64,000 nucleotides of DNA. Origin: Schmidtea nova. Taxonomy: Eukaryota. The notes below the pieces were generated by a model that did no database searches, was not told the origin of the DNA, and saw nothing but the letters and a program-made list of their open reading frames with translations. Position numbers and translations under genes: made by a program. The stretch is from positions 160,766,001 to 160,830,000 of the forward strand of contig CM097884.1 of assembly GCA_044892505.1 (NCBI GenBank). The letters run 5' to 3'. Shown one piece after another: positions 39,399-49,779 of the stretch; within the stretch, counting starts at the first letter, position 1; the number at the start of each line of letters is the position of its first letter.

Positions 39399-39451
39399 TT
39401 CCCTGACCGGGAGTCGAACCCGGGCCACCTGGGTGAGAGCCAGGAATCCTA
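39399..39451 (-). pseudogene. tRNA-Glu target remnant (nt 20-72) at the 3' junction of E5
   Basis: Same junction; the only tRNA sequence between E4 and E5. Confidence 0.95.
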
Positions 39452-39984
39452 GTAAACGTTTATTAATTATAATAAATTTTTCAAATTTACAATGGGACAA
39501 TGCTCTACATGGAGCATGCCTTTCATGAAAGATACAGCAAATAAAGAGACAGAATTTCAATGATAGTTAAAATCAAATGTGAGAAAATAAGGTCTCAATA
39601 AATGTTGCTTTTCATAAATGTTCCCTGGCGATGATTTGAAATATTTCATCGGACTGTTTTTCCGGCTTTGCGACATCCTTCAGCCTATCTTTTCATGTCA
39701 TGATCACAGTCTTTTTGTTTTCTGAGGAATCCGCAGCAATAAAACTTCTTCACGAGTCAAGGTGTCTAGAGACATTGAGTTTACAGACGCTAGAATTGGT
39801 TCTACTAAATAAATATACAAATATACATATATACATATATAAATCCTCGGACTCGGGCGGAAAAAAATCTAAAATAAATTTTATCTACAAATTAAAAAAA
39901 AAAAGGTTTATACTATATACATTAAAATGGCAATTCTCCGCACAACGAGTGTCTGCATTTTGATCGTGGCATTCATTACAAATC

Positions 39985-42900
39985 TCACAAGTCTCTAAGA
40001 TAACCAGTCGTATGAAAATGCCACCTATTGGCTGAGTGTTTGATATTACTTATCGCACACTGTTTCAAAAGAGGATCGATTTTCTTCAAAGGTATTCCAA
40101 CCTTTAAAAGAACATCGAAAGTCAAAGGTGGAATTGATCCTAGAGAACCAATGATACAAGTGAGTAGTTCTACCTTGTAATCAGGTTTCGCGATTTGAAT
40201 TGCCTTTCTTAACGATTCGTATTTTAACAGGTTTTCTTTATTTACCTGCTCAAAACTCGAAAGACAATCAATCGGACATTTCATGTCTACCATGAGAATT
40301 CTTTTCCTATTTACGTCGGTGATGATGAGGTCAACTCGCTCTTTAGAGTATGGAACCAACGAACAAGTTTGATCGATAACGACAATAAGATTCGGATCTG
40401 TCAGTTGATCTGTTATCAATTTCAAACAATCATTGTGTCTTTTTGTTGCAAGTGTTTGATGAACTTTACATGATTGCAAAACATGTGCCATTGTTTCCTC
40501 CTCAGAGTGGCAGCGACGACAAAGTCTTTCTTTTACATTTCGATAAGGTTTAGCTAGAAATGACAATGTATTCGTGCGAGCACGATGGATGAAATTCCAA
40601 GAGAATTCTGACAGATCACTTCGAAAGATTGCTTTATTGATCTTAGGCGAAAGTGTGATTGCTGATGCGATCAAATTACTTTTATTACTACTTTGCCATT
40701 TGGAAAGATAAGAATCAAAAAGCGTATCATGCAAGATCTTAGAAATAGAATTCCGAAAATCGGGAGTTGCGATCAATGTACCTCGCTCTTTTGTTGTAAT
40801 ATGAAGCACAGGTTCATTATTTAGGGTTTGAAAGGATATTCTAATGGCATGAATTTTATTCAGGAATTCTACAGATGTTCGCGCTCTCCGAAAACGTGTT
40901 TTCTTTCCATGATGGATGCGCTTGCATTCAATGCCATTTAACCAATCAAAGCTATCCTGAAGAGTTGGATGCTGAATTCCAAGTCGAGAACTAGTGACAA
41001 ATTTCAAAGAGTCTGTATTGATCTTTTTTGCATAATTGCAAATGGAAGTAAAAAGTCGAAAAAAGTGCACTATGGTTTGGACATGATATTCGTCAAGCAG
41101 GTCAACACAAGAAGCTCCACCATTTTCCGTGGAGTTGTAAAAATATGAAATCTCTGAATTTTCAGGAAGATTCATCATTTTTCTCAAATGACTTCTTAAT
41201 TTACTTGTGTTGTTACCAGTGACATTGCTATTTCCATAAGGGATTGCCAAAGTACTTGTTTTTATTTCCCTCGTTCTAAAAGGAAAGATGAGGCGTGAAT
41301 GTAGAAAAATCTTGTAAGCTTTGAGTTTTTGCCAGCCTAACAAGTCAGAGTTTGCAAGTTTTTTGGCGTCAGATATTACCTTATTTAGGATATCATAAGG
41401 GCTTTGATCAATATCTTCTCCAACTGGGACACCAAGATACTGATAGAACTCGCGAGATAGCAATTTCTTGATTTTGATATTTTCAATAGAAATTTCACTA
41501 TCTATGTGGACCTTAGGAAGTTGAATGTATCCACATTTTTCTGGTCGATATACAAAACCTATTTGTGCAGCAGTGTCAACAGCTATATCAGTGATTCGTT
41601 GCAAGTCACTGACATTTTTTGATATTAAAGCAATGTCGTCTGCGTATGCAAGAATTTGTAACGGAGATGTGCCAATCATGAATGGTTCTACTGTCGATCG
41701 GCTGACAGCTTCAAGTACCGGATTAATCGCAATGGCGAATAAAATCATTGAAATTGGGCATCCTTGTTTCACCCCTTGTCTAATAGCTATGTTTGAAGTG
41801 AGAACTGGTCCGCAACTGTACATAGAAGATGTGTCGGAATAAAGTAGTTGCAATATCGTAGTGAACTCATCACATACGCCAATATATCGAAGGACAGACC
41901 ACATGTATTCATGAGGGACACTACCAAATGCGTCTTTAATGTCAAGCCATGCAATCGATATTGGACAATCTTTACTATATTTAGAGTGTTCCAAAGCAGC
42001 TGTCAGTATGGAATTGTGTTCAACACAACCATCGTGTTCTGAACCTCCCTTTTGTCCAATGTGTAGAATGTTGTTCAAATCTACCCAAGTAGTAAGACGT
42101 CTAGCCAGTATCGAAGCAAAAACCTTATAAATCACTGACAATAAGGCAATCGGCCTCCAAGATGACACATTGTCGTATTTGTCATTCTTGTCAGGTTTCG
42201 GAATCAAAAGAGTCCTGAAAGATTTCCAATCATTTGGAACGATTTTATCGGTTATTATTCGGTTAAAAAGAAATGCAAGGAGATCCCCATCGGGATCCAA
42301 AAGACGCAAATCTCTATATTGAATACCATCAGAACCAGGAGATGTGTTGTCAGCTTTTTTAAGCTCAAACAATACCTCGACTGGCAATATTCGATCGAGT
42401 TTCAAAGGCTTTTGTGATTTTTTACAGAATTGAAGGACAGAATTCCAGCATTTGGATATAGGTAATGCGTGACTATAATATTTAATAATGTCTTCAATTG
42501 AAGGCCTTACATTTATTTTAAAATTATCAATGATTTTACTGACGGCTCTTTTCATTTCCGTCATAAATAGAGAAATAATTTGAGTTTTATTTAATTTTGA
42601 GTTATCTCTCTTATTTTTCCCTAAATAAAGTTTAAAAGTTGATTTCTTACGATCAGGAAATTCTTTGATAATTATGTCAATGATCTCATTGACAGTTGAA
42701 AATTTAATTGCTATTAAAAGGTCTTTGATTTTAATTTTGCGTTGAATTAAATTTAATTTAACTAGTTCCTTTTCATTCCCTTTTGGTATTATTTTAGTGT
42801 TAATTTTATTTGTTTTATTGGCAACTGGAACTAAGGAACTAATAACATTTCCAATATCGCGCAGGTTGATGTTTTCAAGGGATATGTCACAAGCATAATG

Positions 42901-44565
42901 TTTGATAAATGCGCATATAAGTATTTTACAGAGAAGACCTGAACCTCGCACATCATGTGGACAAATACCGTTTGTCAATGCACGACCAGGGGTTTCTCGT
43001 AATTCATTAATTTTTTCAATGATGGTTTTACTCATTGAGAGATAATTAATACCGGATAAAAGAGTTGTTGGATTCAAAATATAATGTGCATCGGTATTGT
43101 AATCTATTATTAATAAGTTTTCCCTTGATTTTTGGGGGGTTATAACTGAAAAAATGACTTGTGCTTTAACAAGACATTCATAATTTAGAAATGTACTGAT
43201 GTATTGGGTACAATCATCGAGGATCGCCGTTGACATTGTTGCGTTTAACAAGATAAAGGTCGGTGATAATTTTAGATTGTTAAAATAAGTTGTTAGAATT
43301 TGATCGTCAAGCTTCCCATTTATTGTGTCTAAGTTTAAACAGATTTCATTTACATGTTTTAGTTTCAATGATTTTAGTGATTTTGTAGTATCTTCAAGAT
43401 TGGCAATGTTATTAAAAATTAACTTTTCTAATAAAGTAATGAAATATGATGCCATTATGATTGGTTCAACGGAAAATATTGGTGAGAAACTGATCTCGTG
43501 ATCAATGATAAAGTTAATCTTTCTCTGAAGGAAAAATTGATTCAAATAATCGGTCATATTTTCTCCTATACCGATTAATCTTTCTTTTACAGTTTGAAAG
43601 CCTGTAGTAAAAATGTGACTTTTTCCGAGTTGAACAGAGAACAGAAATAAGCACCAAGAGTTGTTATTTGGAATAATACTTATTACATGTTCAATGTATT
43701 GAAATTGTTTGAAAGTCACGTTTTCAATAATGAAAGCATTATTTTGCGCAACTATATTTGACGTTAATTCGGGAGAGAGAACCATTATATTAGTGTAGGT
43801 TGAAAACCATTTATCAATCAATGTTGATATGCATGGGTTTTCGTTATATAGCATGATGTTATTTGCTTTGCTTTTATATCTAACTGCTTTCTTGAAGTTG
43901 ATCAAGTTCATAAAGTTTGACTTTGGCGGACCACCTCCAATTGTTTTTGATGTAATAGTGGTACAGTTAGCATTATTATTGAAAACATCTTCCCTTATAC
44001 TATTTACAAAATTATCAGGAAAGTATTCCCAAACTTGACTAATTATCAATGCGTAAGCGCAGACAAAAGGCCCACAATCAAAGTCGTTATTTTGATATTC
44101 AAGTTTAATATGGGGATTATATGTTACCGCCGCTTTAAGTTTAAACAATTTATTTAAAGCCATATTTATTTTAAGGGCGCTTGTTTTGTTGATAAATTTA
44201 TTTTTATTTTCAAGAATTGGATCAATGTAGTACGAAAGTAAGGATGATTTACAGTACACGAACAAGATCCAATGTGCGTTTGATATATTTAATGGGCAAA
44301 GTATTATTTGTGCGTTAAACACTGTTTCTGGCAAGGAAATTATATTTTCCTCAAGATTTGCAAGTAAAATGCTAACAATATAACATTTAATGCAAGCATA
44401 CATTTGGCTACTGATATGACGCTCAAGATAAAAGTCAATGTCATCATCAGTGAACCAGGCCTTTGGATCACGCACTGAATTTAAATTATTTACAGTTTTA
44501 TTACTTGTGCTGTCTGCATCAGTCTCTTTTGAGATTGGGGCAGATATTAAGACTGATGCAGGCAC
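39985..44565 (-). CDS. ORF2 (protease-RT-CCHC-RLE), intact
   Basis: 1526 aa, same motifs. Confidence 0.95.
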   Translation of the reverse strand: MPASVLISAPISKETDADSTSNKTVNNLNSVRDPKAWFTDDDIDFYLERHISSQMYACIKCYIVSILLANLEENIISLPETVFNAQIILCPLNISNAHWILFVYCKSSLLSYYIDPILENKNKFINKTSALKINMALNKLFKLKAAVTYNPHIKLEYQNNDFDCGPFVCAYALIISQVWEYFPDNFVNSIREDVFNNNANCTTITSKTIGGGPPKSNFMNLINFKKAVRYKSKANNIMLYNENPCISTLIDKWFSTYTNIMVLSPELTSNIVAQNNAFIIENVTFKQFQYIEHVISIIPNNNSWCLFLFSVQLGKSHIFTTGFQTVKERLIGIGENMTDYLNQFFLQRKINFIIDHEISFSPIFSVEPIIMASYFITLLEKLIFNNIANLEDTTKSLKSLKLKHVNEICLNLDTINGKLDDQILTTYFNNLKLSPTFILLNATMSTAILDDCTQYISTFLNYECLVKAQVIFSVITPQKSRENLLIIDYNTDAHYILNPTTLLSGINYLSMSKTIIEKINELRETPGRALTNGICPHDVRGSGLLCKILICAFIKHYACDISLENINLRDIGNVISSLVPVANKTNKINTKIIPKGNEKELVKLNLIQRKIKIKDLLIAIKFSTVNEIIDIIIKEFPDRKKSTFKLYLGKNKRDNSKLNKTQIISLFMTEMKRAVSKIIDNFKINVRPSIEDIIKYYSHALPISKCWNSVLQFCKKSQKPLKLDRILPVEVLFELKKADNTSPGSDGIQYRDLRLLDPDGDLLAFLFNRIITDKIVPNDWKSFRTLLIPKPDKNDKYDNVSSWRPIALLSVIYKVFASILARRLTTWVDLNNILHIGQKGGSEHDGCVEHNSILTAALEHSKYSKDCPISIAWLDIKDAFGSVPHEYMWSVLRYIGVCDEFTTILQLLYSDTSSMYSCGPVLTSNIAIRQGVKQGCPISMILFAIAINPVLEAVSRSTVEPFMIGTSPLQILAYADDIALISKNVSDLQRITDIAVDTAAQIGFVYRPEKCGYIQLPKVHIDSEISIENIKIKKLLSREFYQYLGVPVGEDIDQSPYDILNKVISDAKKLANSDLLGWQKLKAYKIFLHSRLIFPFRTREIKTSTLAIPYGNSNVTGNNTSKLRSHLRKMMNLPENSEISYFYNSTENGGASCVDLLDEYHVQTIVHFFRLFTSICNYAKKINTDSLKFVTSSRLGIQHPTLQDSFDWLNGIECKRIHHGKKTRFRRARTSVEFLNKIHAIRISFQTLNNEPVLHITTKERGTLIATPDFRNSISKILHDTLFDSYLSKWQSSNKSNLIASAITLSPKINKAIFRSDLSEFSWNFIHRARTNTLSFLAKPYRNVKERLCRRCHSEEETMAHVLQSCKVHQTLATKRHNDCLKLITDQLTDPNLIVVIDQTCSLVPYSKERVDLIITDVNRKRILMVDMKCPIDCLSSFEQVNKENLLKYESLRKAIQIAKPDYKVELLTCIIGSLGSIPPLTFDVLLKVGIPLKKIDPLLKQCAISNIKHSANRWHFHTTGYLRDL

Positions 44566-44571
44566 ACACCT

Positions 44572-47331
44572 TCATTTATTTTTTTGTGTTACGCGCTTCG
44601 GTCTTTTAATAGTTTTGCGATGAATATTAATTATTTCCTCATTTGACGTAGCTGGACCTAAATCAATGTCAGTGGGAAGCAAGCGCTTAAGACTTTCTCT
44701 GTCTTTGTCTGATGTCAATAGAATGTTATCATCTATGTTAGGGGAAGGAGATATTTCTACAGATTCTTCATTAGAATCAACGACATTCTCAACAGTTTTC
44801 ACACTATCAATTGTTGTATCGACATTTTCAGCAATCGTCTCAGAATTTACATGTGGTAAAACATATTCAAGTAGTCTCGAGATGTGTACGCTCATACTAG
44901 GTGAACAAATTTTCCTACAATATTGAGGAACACGGAAACGTCTGTTGCCATTTAAGAAATATCTCTTATCTCTTACTACAAAAAACACGAGTCTCTTTGC
45001 TCTTAAAATCTCATCATCAGTTAGTTCAGATTCAAAATCATTGATCTTACTAGATATTATATTAAGCGCCTTGATTTGATCCGACTTATTTGGAAGAGAC
45101 TTATCTACAAACTCTAAGAAAGCATTTAACTCAGAAATAGTTTTGGGAGAGATTATGTTATGGATCTTGTCAATCTCTTGAGACAAATTAACCTGCTTTA
45201 GTTTCAGAAGTCTTTCCTGACAACTAGTTTTATAATAAGAACTACTGAGATTCTCGATCATTTCTGGGCCCCATATCTCAATCGTGTCAATGTCCAATGA
45301 GTACGAGTTTTCAATATCTGTTATGGAATGCATTAAAAAGCAATTCCTAAGATAGTTTTGAACGTATATATCAAAACTCGGCTTAATAATTAATTTTAGG
45401 GAATCCCTTAATTTTAAATAATTTAGGTAAAAAATTATGTCAACCAGTTTTTGAGATGAAGTTGGTTGATCAAGAAGAGAACTAAACACATTGTCATCCT
45501 CTGACATCTGAACAAAGTTCAGTAGCCCTAAATTAAACATGATATCGGAGGCACCATCTTCGTGCACAGCGACTGAATTTTCACTATAAATTTTAATAAA
45601 TTTGCCCCCTGTAAATGAAATCTGTTCAGGGAATTTATTTTCAGATTTTAATTTTTCTATTAAATTATTTAATGCGTGAGGATTAGCATATGTGTTTTCA
45701 ATAAAACACAATTCCTCAATTTCTGGGTGTGATTTAAATAAATTTTGTAATTGCAACCTTGACAATTCAGATGCAGTTTGAGTTGAGAAAATTTCATCTG
45801 AATCGCAAGTGCTAAGAATATCGAGCATTACAAAATCTCCGTCTAGATATTTAATCTGTGATTTTATTAAAAAGTCAGGGAGCTCTTTTCGCTGTTTTAA
45901 TTCGCGAAGAATATTATTAATTTGTATTTCCCTGGACTTTAAATTACTAATAGACACAGTGCCGGCCAGTTTCGACGAAAGGGAACAAAGAAAACGCTTA
46001 ATAATTGAAGAAGCCGGGACAAATTTCGTATTTGTATTGTTGGCCTTCAAAATGTTTGATCCAATCAAAAATGTCTTTGTAGAGGATTTTAAAATATTAT
46101 TATTTAAAGGGACAACTTTATCAGGCACCAAATTCTGAAAAACACAGATATTATGATTTCTATAAAAGAAACCTTCAAACCCAGCGATGCTTAGTGGATT
46201 TTCCTCTTTTATAATAATTAAAAGGTCATTGTTAATTAAATCAAATTTGTTGCTTGATTCTTTTAATTTCAAAAGTTTGTGAAATTTGGGAAATAATCTA
46301 AGAAAAGAATTTTTCTCCTTTTTTGTTAATATACGCGGTAAAATATTTTCAAAAATTTCTTTTTTTAATTTAAGATGAGAATTTTTATTTTTATTATTAT
46401 TTCTGAAATTAGAATTTGATTTCATTTTCAAACTTTCCAATTTGAAATTTCGTTTATTTTGAAAGTTCTTATCAGTATTAAAATTATTTTTAGATTTAAT
46501 TTCCTGATCATTTGATTTTAAATTAGAAATGTTATTTGCAGTTGAAATTTCGAAATTTTCAAAATTTCGATTGTTTAAATTATCCAATTTAATCGCAGGT
46601 AAATTAATATTTTCAAAAACAGGTTTAATAATTTTCTTTTTATTTTCATTATTATTATTAATAGTTATATTATAATTTTCCAGCCAATTTCCATCGATTG
46701 CATAGCTTTCAGGAGTAGATCCATCATCTAGTAGAAGGATCTTTTCAAAATTATTATTTTTATTAAAAAATAAATTTTTGTTATTTAGATTTTTGTTATT
46801 TAAAGTACTTTTTACATTATTATTATTATCCTTATAATCACTTAAATTTTGACTATTCGGCTTTTCTAGTTGAATTGTTCGTTCGTTTTTAGTCTGTGTA
46901 GAATTATTTCTGTAAATTGTCGACTTATTTAATAAAATTTTATGACATGAATAGCAAAGATTGCCTGCACTTTTGTCATTTTTATTTACATTCAAAGAGT
47001 TATCATACAATTCGCTATTTTTATCTAAATTAGGAATTATTCTAAAATTTTCAATATTAGATTTACAATTAAAAGTAGATAAATTAGCATATAAATTACC
47101 ACGACCAAAACCGGACACACCATTGTCAGAATAACCATTGTGAAAATTACAATTATAATTTAAATTATCATTTAGATTTTTCGAACCAAAATTAGATATA
47201 GGTTTATTTACAAAATCTTGGTTCGAAACTTCCAAAAATTTAACAATATAATCTAACTTACAGTTATTAGAATAAATCATCCTTTCAAGCTCTGACAAAT
47301 TCGCCCCAAATGGCACAAAATTATCCTGCAT
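44572..47331 (-). CDS. Retrotransposon ORF1 (919 aa)
   Basis: Intact ORF with NNKNL duplication. Confidence 0.9.
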   Translation of the reverse strand: MQDNFVPFGANLSELERMIYSNNCKLDYIVKFLEVSNQDFVNKPISNFGSKNLNDNLNYNCNFHNGYSDNGVSGFGRGNLYANLSTFNCKSNIENFRIIPNLDKNSELYDNSLNVNKNDKSAGNLCYSCHKILLNKSTIYRNNSTQTKNERTIQLEKPNSQNLSDYKDNNNNVKSTLNNKNLNNKNLFFNKNNNFEKILLLDDGSTPESYAIDGNWLENYNITINNNNENKKKIIKPVFENINLPAIKLDNLNNRNFENFEISTANNISNLKSNDQEIKSKNNFNTDKNFQNKRNFKLESLKMKSNSNFRNNNKNKNSHLKLKKEIFENILPRILTKKEKNSFLRLFPKFHKLLKLKESSNKFDLINNDLLIIIKEENPLSIAGFEGFFYRNHNICVFQNLVPDKVVPLNNNILKSSTKTFLIGSNILKANNTNTKFVPASSIIKRFLCSLSSKLAGTVSISNLKSREIQINNILRELKQRKELPDFLIKSQIKYLDGDFVMLDILSTCDSDEIFSTQTASELSRLQLQNLFKSHPEIEELCFIENTYANPHALNNLIEKLKSENKFPEQISFTGGKFIKIYSENSVAVHEDGASDIMFNLGLLNFVQMSEDDNVFSSLLDQPTSSQKLVDIIFYLNYLKLRDSLKLIIKPSFDIYVQNYLRNCFLMHSITDIENSYSLDIDTIEIWGPEMIENLSSSYYKTSCQERLLKLKQVNLSQEIDKIHNIISPKTISELNAFLEFVDKSLPNKSDQIKALNIISSKINDFESELTDDEILRAKRLVFFVVRDKRYFLNGNRRFRVPQYCRKICSPSMSVHISRLLEYVLPHVNSETIAENVDTTIDSVKTVENVVDSNEESVEISPSPNIDDNILLTSDKDRESLKRLLPTDIDLGPATSNEEIINIHRKTIKRPKRVTQKNK

Positions 47332-47691
47332 TAATATTTTAAAAAATTTATTTACCTTTTCAATATCTTTCTTATAAATTTATTATAATGAGTTATTTAA
47401 ACAAATTTATATTAAAGGTTTTCAAATTTCGAAATTTACTTTTCCTCGACAAAATCAAACAACGCATGGCAAATGTTTGCCATTTTCAATCAAATGACAA
47501 TCTCTTTCACAATTCTCATAGAATTTTGATTTTGTAAAATTATTAATAATTTTTTTTCAAATAATGGTAACGACCTTGGAACGTTTATATTAATCCAATT
47601 TGTTGAATTTGATTTTGAGTAGAGCAAATTAGTTTCGACAAATTTACAACGTTTACAATCTTATCATGATGATAAGAAAGTGAAAAAAATA

Positions 47692-47763
47692 TTCCCTGAC
47701 CGGGAGTCGAACCCGGGCCACTTGGGTGAGAGCCAGGAATCCTAACCGCTACACCATCAGGGA
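47692..47763 (-). tRNA. tRNA-Glu(CTC) variant with anticodon-stem and D-arm substitutions (possible pseudogene)
   Basis: CCAAG replaces CCAGG (47722); GGTGTAG replaces GGTCTAG (47752). Confidence 0.75.
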
Positions 47764-48067
47764 TCGATATATATTTCCAATCTCTAGTTAAAGGTTTTCG
47801 AATTTCGAAATTTACTTTTCCTCGACAAAATCAAACAACGCATGGCAAATGTTTGCCATTTTCAATCAAATGACAATCTCTTTCACAATTCTCATAGAAT
47901 TTTGATTTTGTAAAATTATTAATAATTTTTTTTCAAATAATGGTAACGACCTTGGAACGTTTATATTAATCCAATTTGTTGAATTTGATTTTGAGTAGAG
48001 CAAATTAGTTTCGACAAATTTACAACGTTTACAATCTTATCATGATGATAAGAAAGTGAAAAAAATA

Positions 48068-48139
48068 TTCCCTGACCGGGAGTCGAACCCGGGCCACCTG
48101 GGTGAGAGCCAGGAATCCTAACCGCTAGACCATCAGGGA
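48068..48139 (-). tRNA. tRNA-Glu(CTC)
   Basis: 72-nt consensus copy. Confidence 0.96.
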
Positions 48140-48443
48140 TCGATATATGTTTCCAATCTCTAGTTAAAGGTTTTCGAATTTCGAAATTTACTTTTCCTCG
48201 ACAAAATCAAACAACGCATGGCAAATGTTTGCCATTTTCAATCAAATGACAATCTCTTTCACAATTCTCATAGAATTTTGATTTTGTAAAATTATTAATA
48301 ATTTTTTTTCAAATAATGGTAACGACCTTGGAACGTTTATATTAATCCAATTTGTTGAATTTGATTTTGAGTAGAGCAAATTTGTTTCGACAAATTTACA
48401 ACGTTTACAATCTTATCATGATGATAAGAAAGTGAAAAAAATA

Positions 48444-48515
48444 TTCCCTGACCGGGAGTCGAACCCGGGCCACCTGGGTGAGAGCCAGGAATCCTAACCG
48501 CTAGACCATCAGGGA
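48444..48515 (-). tRNA. tRNA-Glu(CTC)
   Basis: 72-nt consensus copy. Confidence 0.96.
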
Positions 48516-48819
48516 TCGATATATGTTTCCAATCTCTAGTTAAAGGTTTTCGAATTTCGAAATTTACTTTTCCTCGACAAAATCAAACAACGCATGGCAA
48601 ATGTTTGCTATTTTCAATAAAATGACAATCTCTTTTACAAATCTCATAGAATTTTGATTTTGTAAAATTATTAATAATTTTTTTTCAAATATTGGTAACG
48701 ACCTTGGAACGTTTATATTAATCCAATTTGTTGAATTTGATTTTGAGTAGAGCAAATTAGTTTCGACAAATTTACAACGTTTACAATCTTATCATGATGA
48801 TAAGAAAGTGAAAAAAATA

Positions 48820-48891
48820 TTCCCTGACCGGGAGTCGAACCCGGGCCACCTGGGTGAGAGCCAGGAATCCTAACCGCTAGACCATCAGGGA
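48820..48891 (-). tRNA. tRNA-Glu(CTC)
   Basis: 72-nt consensus copy. Confidence 0.96.
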
Positions 48892-49195
48892 TCGATATAT
48901 GTTTCCAATCTCTAGTTAAAGGTTTTCGAATTTCGAAATTTACTTTTCCTCGACAAAATCAAACAACGCATGGCAAATGTTTGCCATTTTCAATCAAATG
49001 ACAATCTCTTTCACAAATCTCATAGAATTTTGATTTTGTAAAATTATTAATAATTTTTTTTCAAATAATGGTAACGACCTTGGAACGTTTATATTAATCC
49101 AATTTGTTGAATTTGATTTTGAGTAGAGCAAATTAGTTTCGACAAATTTACAACGTTTACAATCTTATCATGATGATAAGAAAGTGAAAAAAATA

Positions 49196-49248
49196 TTCCC
49201 TGACCGGGAGTCGAACCCGGGCCACCTGGGTGAGAGCCAGGAATCCTA
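49196..49248 (-). pseudogene. tRNA-Glu target remnant (nt 20-72) at the 3' junction of E6
   Basis: Same junction. Confidence 0.95.
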
Positions 49249-49779
49249 GTAAACGTTTATTAATTATAATAAATTTTCCAAATTTACAATGGGACAATGC
49301 TCTACATGGAGCATGCCTTTCATGAAAGATACAGCAAATAAAGAGACAGAATTTCAATGATAGTTAAAATCAAATGTGAGAAAATAAGGTCTCAATAAAT
49401 GTTGCTTTTCATAAATGTTCCCTGGCGATGATTTGAAATATTTCATCGGACTGTTTTTCCGGCTTTGCGGCATCCTTCAGCCTATCTTTTCATGTCATGA
49501 TAACAGTCTTTTTGTTTTCTGAGGAATCCGCAGCAATAAAACTTCTTCACGAGTCAAGGTGTCTAGAGACATTGAGTTTACAGACGCTAGAATTGGTTCT
49601 ACTAAATAAATATACAAATATACATATATACATATATAAATCCTCGGACTCGGGCGGAAATAAATCTAAAATAAATTTTATCTACAAATTAAAAAAAAAG
49701 GTTTATACTATATACATTAAAATGGCAATTCTCCGCACAACGAGTGTCTGCATTTTGATCGTGGCATTCATTACAAATC

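Larger units (their letters stand above)
39452..47411 (-). mobile_element. Full-length element E5 (7960 bp)
   Basis: Same structure; 15-bp ORF1 duplication and a 3'UTR A-run longer by 2. Confidence 0.95.
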
